A stretch of DNA of 24,000 nt from the NCBI GenBank assembly GCA_947283485.1, contig CAMYOU010000004.1, positions 880 through 24,879 on the forward strand. Reading direction: 5' to 3'. The notes under the pieces are model-generated. The model was not told where the DNA came from. It ran no database searches and saw nothing but the letters and a program-made list of their open reading frames with translations. Positions 6,176-14,153 of this stretch are shown here, one piece after another. A program made the position numbers and the translations under genes. Every line of letters begins with the position of its first letter. Positions within the stretch are counted from its first letter, which is position 1. Source of the stretch: an uncultured Peptostreptococcaceae bacterium (GTDB lineage Bacteria > Bacillota > Clostridia > Tissierellales > Peptoniphilaceae).

Positions 6176-8311
6176 CTATTTTGCAATCGTGAGGTTGACG
6201 ATATCTTGCGACCAATCCCAGAACGGAGTCGTTTGTAGACCTTGTACGCGATTGGTGTGGATGTCGAAGTACTCATTGGAGTAGATCGGAATCTCCGGTA
6301 GATAATCGTTGAACCACATTTGGAAATCAAACCATTTGTCGGCAAACTCTTCCGGTTTGTCCGCAGGCGTCTTTCTCATCGCCATGATGATTTCGTCTGC
6401 CTTCGGATCGTTGACGCGGTCGAGGTTGTTGTTGCCGATTTGGCTCGAATGGAATTCCGTATACGGGTCGATAACGGGCGTGAAGCTCGTTGCGAGCGAG
6501 AATGCGACATAGTCGGGTTTCTCAACGTTCGGATTGTAGAGTTTCTCGAGCAGGGTGTTGAAGTCGACGTCGACGACATTGTATTGGATGCCGGCGAGTT
6601 TGCCGTTCTTCGTAAGCTCGGATGCGATGACTTCACCGACATTCTTTGCTGCTGCTGCGTGGTTGATGAGCAGTTTCTCACCCTTTTCGTTGTATCTCCA
6701 ATAATCGAAACCTTCGGAATTGGATTCAACCATTTGTTGAGCTTTGGCAGCATCCCACGGAGTCGAGCCGTCTTTTTCAAACTTATAGGGCGTTTGATTG
6801 AGGAGTTCATTTGCATGGTCGACATTGAGGGTGTAAGCGGTAAGTTTCTCATCGAGTTGATCCGCTTTTTCCTGTGCCGTCCATTGTGCAAGTCCGTAGT
6901 AGCCGTTGAGAACCGCACCGTATCCGCCGAGGATGTTCTGGATGAAGATGTTTCTGTCCATGAGGCAAGCAATCGCTTGACGAACTTCCTTATACTTGAC
7001 GGGGCCGAGATCCGTGAGGAAACGGATCATGCCGAAGCCGTTACGTTTGTAGCTTACAGCAGTGACTTTGTCGCTATTCTGTTTTGCTTTTTCAATCTTC
7101 GAGCCTTCGATCACGCCCCAAGCGATATCGACATCACCCGAGATTGCAAGGTCTACGTCGAGCTCTTGGTTGACTTCGCGTTGAACGATGTTCTTAATGG
7201 TTGCTTTTCTACCTGCATAGTCGCCGAGGTAATCCGGGTTGAGCTCGAGGGTTGCCGTTTGGTTCTCAAAGCTTACAAGATTGTAAGGACCTGCGGTGAC
7301 ATCGGGTTTGAAGCGGTAGTTGTTGACAACGTCAAGTGCCGCATTCGTAACGACGACGTTGAGGACATCGAGATTCTCGAGATTGTCAAGGTCAGCTTGG
7401 AAGCCGGCTTTGAGTGCATCGTATTTCTCGTTGGTCTTCTTGACTTCGGCATCGTATTCGCTGCCATAGTCTTCTTTTTCAGCTTCCATTTGATCAAGTT
7501 CCGCCTTGCGGTCTTCTTCGACTTTGGTAAGCTCGTCTTCAAGACCTTTCTTGAGGGCTGCTTTGTCGGCATCACTTACTTCATAGCCTTCTTTGACCAT
7601 GAGGGACGATCCGTCAGCGCCTACTGCAAGGTTCGGTGCCCATCTGTGCATCGGAGCCGGATTGGTTGCGACGAAGGATTGTTCGAAGAAGTACGGAAGC
7701 TTCTCCGCATCGATCGTAAGCTCGAACGTGTGCTCATCTACGACTTTGACGCCGGGGAAGCTTGTGCTTTCACCGTTTCTGTAAGCGTCATAGCCTTTGA
7801 GATCTTGTCCCGGAGTGTCCTTGTATCCGAGGCGGACAAATTCTTTTCTATTCTGGAATAGGTACCGTCCGACATAGTCCCATGCGGTGATGGGCTCGCC
7901 GTCGTTCCACTTGAGATCCGGATTGAGGAAGAATCTGTAGGTCTTGGAGCCGTCTTCATTCTCGGTGATTTCGGGTTCTTTGGCATTGGTGACCTTGCTG
8001 AGTTGGAATTGACCTGCTTCATCGGTGGAATACGTCGTGTAGCCGCCATCAGAATAGAAGCCGATCAGTCTCTTGATCTGAACGTCATACGCCGAGTTCG
8101 TGAACCCGTCGATGAAGTCGCCGTTCATCTTCGCGGGAGATGCTACAACGAGGGTATCCGCATCTTGAGATGCAGCCGGTTGTACGCTCTCGGAAGATTC
8201 GCCGGTTGCCGTTTCACCGGACTGAGCCGGTGCCGGACTCTGCCCGCAAGCTGCCACGATGACCATGAGGGCCACGAGCAGGAGGGCAAGAAGTTTCTTT
8301 GATTTGAACAC
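6176..8311 (-). CDS. oppA: Peptide ABC transporter substrate-binding lipoprotein (family 5, OppA-like), oversized
   Basis: The signal peptide MFKSKKLLALLLVALMVIVAAC has a lipobox V-A-A-C (Cys22), followed by a Ser/Ala/Glu-rich linker. The body resembles the family-5 SBP fold by eye, on general composition and length rather than a named motif. The start is GTG with RBS GGAGG 6 nt upstream. It is the first gene of the opp cluster, 711 aa. Confidence 0.88.
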   Translation of the reverse strand: MFKSKKLLALLLVALMVIVAACGQSPAPAQSGETATGESSESVQPAASQDADTLVVASPAKMNGDFIDGFTNSAYDVQIKRLIGFYSDGGYTTYSTDEAGQFQLSKVTNAKEPEITENEDGSKTYRFFLNPDLKWNDGEPITAWDYVGRYLFQNRKEFVRLGYKDTPGQDLKGYDAYRNGESTSFPGVKVVDEHTFELTIDAEKLPYFFEQSFVATNPAPMHRWAPNLAVGADGSSLMVKEGYEVSDADKAALKKGLEDELTKVEEDRKAELDQMEAEKEDYGSEYDAEVKKTNEKYDALKAGFQADLDNLENLDVLNVVVTNAALDVVNNYRFKPDVTAGPYNLVSFENQTATLELNPDYLGDYAGRKATIKNIVQREVNQELDVDLAISGDVDIAWGVIEGSKIEKAKQNSDKVTAVSYKRNGFGMIRFLTDLGPVKYKEVRQAIACLMDRNIFIQNILGGYGAVLNGYYGLAQWTAQEKADQLDEKLTAYTLNVDHANELLNQTPYKFEKDGSTPWDAAKAQQMVESNSEGFDYWRYNEKGEKLLINHAAAAKNVGEVIASELTKNGKLAGIQYNVVDVDFNTLLEKLYNPNVEKPDYVAFSLATSFTPVIDPYTEFHSSQIGNNNLDRVNDPKADEIIMAMRKTPADKPEEFADKWFDFQMWFNDYLPEIPIYSNEYFDIHTNRVQGLQTTPFWDWSQDIVNLTIAK

Positions 8312-8353
8312 GTTTCTACCTCCTTTTTTTATAGGCTACGCCTATTTGCACTA

Positions 8354-8382
8354 AGTATATCGGCTTGTCGAAGAGATGTCAA
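8354..8382 (-). promoter_or_regulatory. Sigma-70-type promoter of the opp operon
   Basis: The minus strand reads TTGACA (8382..8377), a 17-nt spacer, then TATACT (8359..8354). This lies about 45 nt upstream of the oppA GTG. Confidence 0.6.
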
Positions 8383-8421
8383 CATATGAAAATGTTCTGT
8401 TAAATATGCATGCAATCGATC

Positions 8422-9525
8422 TCATGGCATAAGATCTACATTCACAAGATCAGCCAAATCTTGACCCCTCTTAGTCAAATGAATCACATTTCCATGTCGC
8501 TCGAGTAAGTTTTTTTGAATATTTTTCTGTATAATTTTTTCAAATTGACTTCGCATTTCAGGATAAATCCGAAAGATTTCTTCCGTATCGACGCCGTCAA
8601 GGAGTCTTAATCCGAGGATGAAAGCCTCCGAAACCGCGTCACCACGCGAAAGTTCTTCGACTTCCACAAAATTCTCTTGCCGCGTCCCCTTGAGATACTG
8701 TGCGAGCGAGCGCGTCGTCGTGTACCGTATACTTTTCCAAAAGCTTGCCGATCCTATACCGAATCCGAGATACGGTTCGCGCGTCCAATAGCTCGTGTTG
8801 TGCGCCGCCTCGTAGCCTGGGCGGGCAAAACTCGAGATCTCATAGTGGTGATAGCCTGCATCTTTCAAAAAATCGCGCACGCGGTGAAAGGCTTCGCGCT
8901 CCGCATCCTCGTCGGGGAGCGTGAGTTTTCCCTTTTTTTCCAAATAGGAAAAATACGTGCCTTCCTCGAGAATAAGCGAATAGGCGGAGATATGCGGGAC
9001 TTCGAGACGCACAAGGATTTCCGCATCGCACACGGCATCGTCGATTGTCTCGCCGGGGAGCGCGAGCATCATGTCGATGCTGAAGTTCTCGAAGCCGGCT
9101 TCGCGCACGATCGCGACGACTTCTTCGATATTGCCGCCGCGTCTTCCGATTCGCTCGAGAAGATGCGCATGATTCGTCTGCATGCCGACGGAGAGACGGT
9201 TCACGCCCATCGTCCGCCATGTGCGTGCGCGTTCGAGCGTCACGTCCTCCATATTGACTTCCATCGTGATTTCCCCGTCGATCGGACCGTAGCGTGCAAT
9301 CGTCTTCCTTATTATAAGGAAGAGATCGGAATCAGATAAAAAGCTCGGCGTCCCTCCGCCAAGGTAGAGCGTATGAAAAGACGCATGTGGCGTCTCTTCG
9401 TCGAGTTCTCGTAAGAGCCTCTCGACATAAGCTTTCACATGCGTCTCGCCGTGTGCAATCGTTGTAAAATCGCAGTACCGGCATTTGCTCCGGCAAAAGG
9501 GCAAATGGATGTAGATCCCCGCCAT
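8422..9525 (-). CDS. hemW: Radical SAM heme chaperone HemW (HemN-like, oxygen-independent coproporphyrinogen oxidase family)
   Basis: The N-terminus [20 protein letters not shown] carries the CxxxCxxC radical-SAM motif. The size (367 aa) and the position immediately after lepA are typical of Bacillota. Its ATG overlaps the lepA stop (TAATG). Confidence 0.9.
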   Translation of the reverse strand: MAGIYIHLPFCRSKCRYCDFTTIAHGETHVKAYVERLLRELDEETPHASFHTLYLGGGTPSFLSDSDLFLIIRKTIARYGPIDGEITMEVNMEDVTLERARTWRTMGVNRLSVGMQTNHAHLLERIGRRGGNIEEVVAIVREAGFENFSIDMMLALPGETIDDAVCDAEILVRLEVPHISAYSLILEEGTYFSYLEKKGKLTLPDEDAEREAFHRVRDFLKDAGYHHYEISSFARPGYEAAHNTSYWTREPYLGFGIGSASFWKSIRYTTTRSLAQYLKGTRQENFVEVEELSRGDAVSEAFILGLRLLDGVDTEEIFRIYPEMRSQFEKIIQKNIQKNLLERHGNVIHLTKRGQDLADLVNVDLMP

Positions 9526-11330
9526 TACTTCTCCTCGTCATATTTGAGCACGGAGAGAAATGCCTCTTGCGGAATCTCGACGTTGCCGACTTGTTGCATT
9601 CGTTTCTTGCCTTCTTTCTGTTTCTCGAGAAGTTTTTTCTTCCGGCTGATGTCGCCGCCGTAGCATTTGGCAAGGACGTCTTTCCTGAGGGCGCGTACGT
9701 TCTCGCGCGCAATGATTTTGCCGCCGATCGCCGCTTGGATCGGGATCGCAAATTGATGGCGCGGGATCGCGTCGCGCAAACGTTCGCAGATGAGTCTGCC
9801 TTTCTCGACCGCTTTGGAAGCGTGGACAATCATGGCAAAAGCGTCGACGACGTCACCGTTGATGAGGATGTCGAGTTTGACGAGATCGCTCTCTTCATAG
9901 CCGAATACTTCGTAGTCGAGCGAAGCATAGCCGCGGGTCTTGCTCTTCAAGGCATCGAAAAAGTCGTAGATGACTTCGTTTAACGGGAGTGTGTAGTGGA
10001 TGACGACACGGGTTTCCTCGAGGTATTCCATATTACGGAAGATGCCGCGTTTGTTCTGACAGAGTTCCATGATCGCGCCGACGTATTCGGTCGGTGTCAT
10101 GATGTCCGCGTGTACCATCGGCTCCTCGATTTTCTCGATCATCGTGGGATCCGGGAGACTCCCCGGGTTTTGAATTTCCGTCGTGACACCGTCTTTCGTC
10201 GTGACGCGATAGATGACGGACGGGACGGTCGTGATGAGTTCGAGATTAAATTCGCGTGCCAGTCGCTCTTGGATGACGTCCATGTGGAGAAGTCCGAGGA
10301 AACCGCAACGGTAGCCGTAACCCAGCGCGTCGGAGGTCTCCGCTTCGAATGAGAGTGCCGCATCGTTTACCTGGAGTTTCTCGAGTGCTTCGCGGACGAC
10401 GGCGTAGGAGACGCCTTCCGCGGGATAGATGCCGCAAAAGACCATCGGGAGCGCCTCTTTGTATCCGGGGAGCGGCTCGGCGGTGGGATTCTCCGCATCG
10501 GTGATGGTGTCGCCCACGCGAGCCTCGCCGACCTCTTTGATGCTTGCGACGACATAGCCGACTTCACCCGCATAGAGTGCGTCCAAAGTCTTGTGTCCGC
10601 CGGAGGAAACGCCGACTTCCGTCACGTCAAAGGTTCTGCCGGTGGACATCATGCGAATGGTCATGCCGGGCGCGAGTTTGCCGTCCATAACGCGGATGAA
10701 ACTGACGACGCCCTTGTAGCTATCATAGTAAGAGTCGAAAATGAGTGCCTTGAGCGGTGCTTCGGGATCGCCCGTCGGTGCGGGAACGTTCTTTACGATG
10801 TCCTCGAGTACGTCGTCGATGCCGATGCCCTCTTTGGCGCTGATGAGCGGAATCCCGTCGGTGTCGAGACCGATCACGTCTTCGATCTCCTCTTTGACTT
10901 CGTCTGCGCGTTGTCCGGGAAGATCGATCTTGTTGATGACAGGGAGAATCTCGAGATCCTGATCGAGTGCCAGATAGACATTGGCAAGGGTCTGCGCCTC
11001 GACGCCCTGCGTCGCGTCCACGACGAGGATCGCACCCTCACATGCCGCGAGCGAACGCGAGACTTCGTAGTTGAAATCCACGTGTCCCGGGGTGTCGATG
11101 AGATTTAAGACATAGTCCTCTCCGTCGCGGGCTTGGTAGTGAAGGCGCACGGCTTTGAGTTTGATTGTAATGCCACGCTCGCGTTCGAGATCCATCGAGT
11201 CCAAGACTTGCGCAGTCATCTCGCGTTTCGAAAGCATGCCCGTCTTCTCAATGAGTCTGTCCGCAAGTGTCGATTTGCCGTGATCGATATGCGCGATGAT
11301 GGAAAAATTACGTATTTTCTTCTGATCCAT
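9525..11330 (-). CDS. lepA: Translation elongation factor 4 (LepA)
   Basis: The protein starts [26 protein letters not shown] and has G motifs [14 protein letters not shown] and NKID plus a LepA-type C-terminus. I place the start at the ATG at 11330, where AAGGA lies 7 nt upstream. The track's ATG at 11345 has no RBS and sits 5 nt after a terminator T-run. Confidence 0.95.
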   Translation of the reverse strand: MDQKKIRNFSIIAHIDHGKSTLADRLIEKTGMLSKREMTAQVLDSMDLERERGITIKLKAVRLHYQARDGEDYVLNLIDTPGHVDFNYEVSRSLAACEGAILVVDATQGVEAQTLANVYLALDQDLEILPVINKIDLPGQRADEVKEEIEDVIGLDTDGIPLISAKEGIGIDDVLEDIVKNVPAPTGDPEAPLKALIFDSYYDSYKGVVSFIRVMDGKLAPGMTIRMMSTGRTFDVTEVGVSSGGHKTLDALYAGEVGYVVASIKEVGEARVGDTITDAENPTAEPLPGYKEALPMVFCGIYPAEGVSYAVVREALEKLQVNDAALSFEAETSDALGYGYRCGFLGLLHMDVIQERLAREFNLELITTVPSVIYRVTTKDGVTTEIQNPGSLPDPTMIEKIEEPMVHADIMTPTEYVGAIMELCQNKRGIFRNMEYLEETRVVIHYTLPLNEVIYDFFDALKSKTRGYASLDYEVFGYEESDLVKLDILINGDVVDAFAMIVHASKAVEKGRLICERLRDAIPRHQFAIPIQAAIGGKIIARENVRALRKDVLAKCYGGDISRKKKLLEKQKEGKKRMQQVGNVEIPQEAFLSVLKYDEEK

Positions 11331-11350
11331 AGAATTTCCTTTCATTCTTC

Positions 11351-11380
11351 AAAAAAGGACTTCGCCTTTTGCGAAATCCT
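11351..11380 (-). terminator. Rho-independent terminator-like hairpin between lepB and lepA
   Basis: The minus strand reads AGGATTTCGC-aaaag-GCGAAGTCCT followed by TTTTTG: a 10-bp stem with one G-U. It begins on the last base of the lepB stop codon and ends about 20 nt before the lepA ATG. Confidence 0.5.
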
Positions 11381-12105
11381 TATTTTCCTCTCGGTACGAG
11401 CGCGAATTTGCTAAACGGAAATGCCCTGAGGACGATGACGCCGCGGATGTGATCGCGCGTGAGCGGTCCGAAAAAGCGACTGTCGTAGCTGCCTCCGGGA
11501 TTGCGATTGTCTCCCATGACAAAATAATGGTCTTCCTCGAGCGTGACTTTCCCCGTCATGGGACCTTCCTGTGTCGGGACATCCGCCTTGTACGGCTCGT
11601 CGATCGGCTCGTCGTTCACATAAACCATGCCGCCTTTCACTTCAACAGTATCTCCCGGCACGCCGATGATGCGTTTGACAAAATACCCGCGATCCTCGTG
11701 CATCGCGCCTTCCGGCGGTCGAAAATAAACGACATCTCCGCGACGATACTTGTGCCCCGCAAGAAAATCCTGCTCGGCAATGAGATAATCGAGATGCTCA
11801 AACGTCGGCGTCATACTTCTGCCGTCGACCAAAATCGTCGTAAAAAAGAATGTCTTCACGACATATACAAAGGCTATGACAATCAGTAGATCTCTAAGAA
11901 AAGACATAATCGATCTCATACGAGACGGTGCTTTTTCTTCCGTCTCTTCCATTTCTTCCATTTCTCCCGTTGTTTCCGATACGCGGTCGGTTTCGTTTGC
12001 TGCGGTTTCTTCGGTTTCTTCCATGAATTCTTCGTTCAAGGAGTATCGCTCCCTTCTTTTTCTTGAGTGTTTATTATACCACAAGCGGTAAAAAAGCGGT
12101 GACAT
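11380..12105 (-). CDS. lepB: Signal peptidase I (S26 family); start codon uncertain
   Basis: The catalytic Ser is in GRSMTPT, the Lys in FVKRIIGVPGDTV, and a C-terminal box reads VMGDNRNPGGSYDSRFFGP. The TM anchor is LLIVIAFVYVVKTFFF. The coordinates give the maximal ORF. Alternative starts are TTG 12039 (GGGAG 9 nt upstream), ATG 12024 and ATG 11919 (MRSIMSFL..., which would give a conventional short N-terminus). Confidence 0.85.
   Translation of the reverse strand: MSPLFYRLWYNKHSRKRRERYSLNEEFMEETEETAANETDRVSETTGEMEEMEETEEKAPSRMRSIMSFLRDLLIVIAFVYVVKTFFFTTILVDGRSMTPTFEHLDYLIAEQDFLAGHKYRRGDVVYFRPPEGAMHEDRGYFVKRIIGVPGDTVEVKGGMVYVNDEPIDEPYKADVPTQEGPMTGKVTLEEDHYFVMGDNRNPGGSYDSRFFGPLTRDHIRGVIVLRAFPFSKFALVPRGK
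12073..12081 (-). promoter_or_regulatory. Possible extended -10 promoter element inside the maximal lepB ORF
   Basis: The minus strand reads TGgTATAAT, a perfect extended -10, with no good -35. If it is used, the first 9 or more codons of the 241-aa ORF cannot be translated. Confidence 0.3.
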
Positions 12106-12122
12106 TCCCGTGAACTTCGCCT

Positions 12123-12638
12123 TTATTTCATTTCCCCCGCACCCATTCTCGAAAGCGGATAGAAGCGAAAGAAGACGACACCCTCGATTTCCGAGCGACG
12201 CACGGGTCCGAAGACGCGCGAGTCCTCGCTCTCGAGATGCGCGTGATTGTCGCCGAGGACAAAATATTCATCCGCACCGAGTTCCCAATGATCATGGTCG
12301 TTGTACGTCTCGAGATCCGCACTTCCCTCCTCGCGCATGCCGTTGAGATAGAGTCCGCCGTCCTTGATTTCCACGGTCATGCCGGGTGTTGCGACGACGC
12401 GTTTCACAAACTCGGCATCGGGATAGGCGGACGTGCGCACGAGGACGATGCGCCCTTTGAGGTCTTCGGGGAGATTTCTCCCTCGCGTCGCAAGGAGTCT
12501 ATCCCCCGCGCGGAGTGTCGGCTGCATGCTCGCGCCCGCGACCACGACCGTCCGAAAAAAGAGCGTCCGCATAAAAAGAACGAGGATCATCGCGAAGAGG
12601 ACCGCGACAAAAGTGGTGAGTGCTCGATTATTCTTCAT
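12123..12638 (-). CDS. lepB: Signal peptidase I (S26 family), second tandem paralog
   Basis: The catalytic Ser is in GASMQPT, the Lys in FVKRVVATPGMTV, and the C-terminal box reads VLGDNHAHLESEDSRVFGP. I place the start at ATG 12638 (MKNNRALTTFVAVLF...), with AAAGGA 5 nt upstream. The track start at 12704 and the ATG at 12680 are alternatives. Confidence 0.85.
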   Translation of the reverse strand: MKNNRALTTFVAVLFAMILVLFMRTLFFRTVVVAGASMQPTLRAGDRLLATRGRNLPEDLKGRIVLVRTSAYPDAEFVKRVVATPGMTVEIKDGGLYLNGMREEGSADLETYNDHDHWELGADEYFVLGDNHAHLESEDSRVFGPVRRSEIEGVVFFRFYPLSRMGAGEMK

Positions 12639-12752
12639 AAAAATCCTTTCTCTATATCTGATGGGGAGACTTTTTACCATGCGAATGCCTTCCCCGCATT
12701 CCATTCAAAACGGAATTTCCTCCGAGATTCTTCACAATCCATCGGTTTTTCC

Positions 12753-12781
12753 TTGCAAAAGTCACCGTCCCGTGATAGAAT
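12753..12781 (+). promoter_or_regulatory. Sigma-70-type promoter of rpsT
   Basis: TTGCAA (12753..12758), a 17-nt spacer, then TAGAAT (12776..12781) preceded by TGa, which gives an extended -10. It lies about 35 nt upstream of the rpsT ATG. Confidence 0.6.
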
Positions 12782-12814
12782 ACCATGCGTTAATAAATGT
12801 TTGGAGGTGAGCAT

Positions 12815-13087
12815 ATGGCAAATATCAGATCCGCTATGAAGCGAATCAAGACGACTGAAAAGCGCACGCTTCGCAACAAGTCCAGAAAGACGGAGTTGAA
12901 GACGCTTTCGCGCAAGTTTGAAACGTTCCTCGCGGCTGGGGACACGGAAAACGCAAGCGCAGTTCTTCGCGAACTCGACAAGAAGCTCAAACGCGCAAGC
13001 TGCAAGAACGTCATTCACAAGAATGCCGCTTCCCGCAAACTTTCGAGCCTATCGAAGAAGCTTCACGTTGCGATGAAGGAAAACTAA
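12815..13087 (+). CDS. rpsT: 30S ribosomal protein S20
   Basis: MANIRSAMKRIKTTEKRTLRNKSRKTELKT... is the canonical S20 N-terminus. GGAGGTG lies 6 nt upstream of the ATG at 12815. The track's 12797 start lacks an RBS. Confidence 0.93.
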   Translation: MANIRSAMKRIKTTEKRTLRNKSRKTELKTLSRKFETFLAAGDTENASAVLRELDKKLKRASCKNVIHKNAASRKLSSLSKKLHVAMKEN

Positions 13088-13103
13088 ACCGTCCAAGATC
13101 GAA

Positions 13104-13134
13104 GAGACCCTTACGTCCGGAGGGCTCTTTTTTT
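13104..13134 (+). terminator. Rho-independent terminator after rpsT (convergent with holA)
   Basis: GAG(a)CCC-ttacgtccgga-GGGCTC followed by TTTTTTT. This is a short 6-bp stem with one bulge and a strong T-run. Confidence 0.45.
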
Positions 13135-13142
13135 ATGCCTTT

Positions 13143-14153
13143 TTACAGAGCGAGACGGGCAAGTTCCACCGCGAGTACGTCGAGTTCTCCGGAAAAATCG
13201 ACCGGGAGTCTCTTCGAGCGTTCTTCGACATCGTAGATCTTCTCATTGGCAAGAAGGAGCGACGCGGGTGAAAAGCGTCTTGCGACGGGGATGAGTTTGT
13301 CATATTCATAGGGAGAAAGCCCCGCTTTTTTTTGCCCGGACGGATCGCCCGTAAGGGTCTTTAGCAGTGTGAGATTCCGATACTGCCGTGCCATCATCGC
13401 AAAGATCCGCGCGTCTTCGAGTCCCGACGCCCGCAAGAGATCGAGCGAGCGCAAACTCTCGCGCGTTTTTCCCGCCGCAAGTTCGTCGAGAAAACGAAAG
13501 ATCGTGCGCTTTTCAATCGTGCCGAGAACGGAGAGATCCGATTCCCTTATGACATCGCCCGATCCGCGGATGAGTCTGTCGAGTTTCTCATCGATGTCGA
13601 AGAGCGTGTCTTCTCCGTCTTTCGGAAGATAGTCCAGCGCGCGTTCAATCGCGCGAAGGATCTCGGGTGCCGCCTTTTTCTTTGCGCGTGCGAGTTTGGT
13701 GCGGATAAAGGCGCGCAGTTCCTGCGCCTGTAATTTTTTCATCTCGACGATTTCGCCCGTCTTCTCGAGTTCGCGGACGAATTTTCCGCGGAAGAGTTTT
13801 TCCGACGGCGAGAGTAGGACGAGGAGCGTCGATGCGGGGAGACTTGCGAGTCTCTCGGATACGCCTTCAAAGAGTGCTTTCATCGCGGACGCACCCGTCT
13901 TGGTAAAATCGACTTCTTCGACGAGGACAAGTTTCGTATCCGCGACAAAGGGGAGCGTGTCACACGCGGCGATGACGTCCTCGGGTTTTGCCGTGCGCGC
14001 ATCAAAACGATGCACGTTGAGATCTCCAAAATCGCCCTCAAAACGCGCGAGAACTTTGTTCTTGATATGGTTTGTGAGATACGTCTCGCGTCCGTAGACG
14101 GCGACGACGCCTCTTATCGTATCGATTGATGTAACGAGTTCTCTGTAGTCCAT
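13143..14153 (-). CDS. holA: DNA polymerase III subunit delta (HolA)
   Basis: 336 aa. The N-terminus ...GVVAVYGRETYL matches the HolA pattern (lyGeE.yL). Its position, downstream of comEC and convergent with rpsT, matches the Bacillus comE-holA / rpsT arrangement. RBS GGAGG lies 5 nt upstream of the ATG at 14153. Confidence 0.82.
   Translation of the reverse strand: MDYRELVTSIDTIRGVVAVYGRETYLTNHIKNKVLARFEGDFGDLNVHRFDARTAKPEDVIAACDTLPFVADTKLVLVEEVDFTKTGASAMKALFEGVSERLASLPASTLLVLLSPSEKLFRGKFVRELEKTGEIVEMKKLQAQELRAFIRTKLARAKKKAAPEILRAIERALDYLPKDGEDTLFDIDEKLDRLIRGSGDVIRESDLSVLGTIEKRTIFRFLDELAAGKTRESLRSLDLLRASGLEDARIFAMMARQYRNLTLLKTLTGDPSGQKKAGLSPYEYDKLIPVARRFSPASLLLANEKIYDVEERSKRLPVDFSGELDVLAVELARLAL

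Noticed and set aside
6320-7861. A 513-aa ORF on the plus strand, antisense to oppA. Similar long antisense ORFs occur at 17938..18999 (+), 17010..17729 (+), 21017..21649 (-), 22868..23776 (-), 5133..5693 (+), 8677..9339 (+), 1671..2204 (+), 15171..15632 (+) and 14916..15590 (-).
   Set aside because: All lie wholly inside strongly supported genes on the opposite strand. Their products are low-complexity and Arg/Asp/Val/Phe-rich with no recognisable motifs, no RBS and no sensible gene boundaries. They are best explained as shadow ORFs, kept open because the sense genes rarely use the codons TTA, CTA and TCA, whose complements are stops.
8383-8397. A CodY-box-like sequence (minus strand, cattttcatatgttg) just upstream of and overlapping the -35 of the opp promoter.
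   Set aside because: By my hand alignment only about 9 of 15 positions match the AATTTTCWGAAAATT consensus. That is too weak to call, even though opp operons are classic CodY targets in Bacillota.
8405-8416. The palindrome ATGCATGCAT between the hemW stop and the opp promoter.
   Set aside because: It is short, AT-rich and self-complementary, with no flanking T-run and no partner site. There is no evidence that it is an operator or a terminator.
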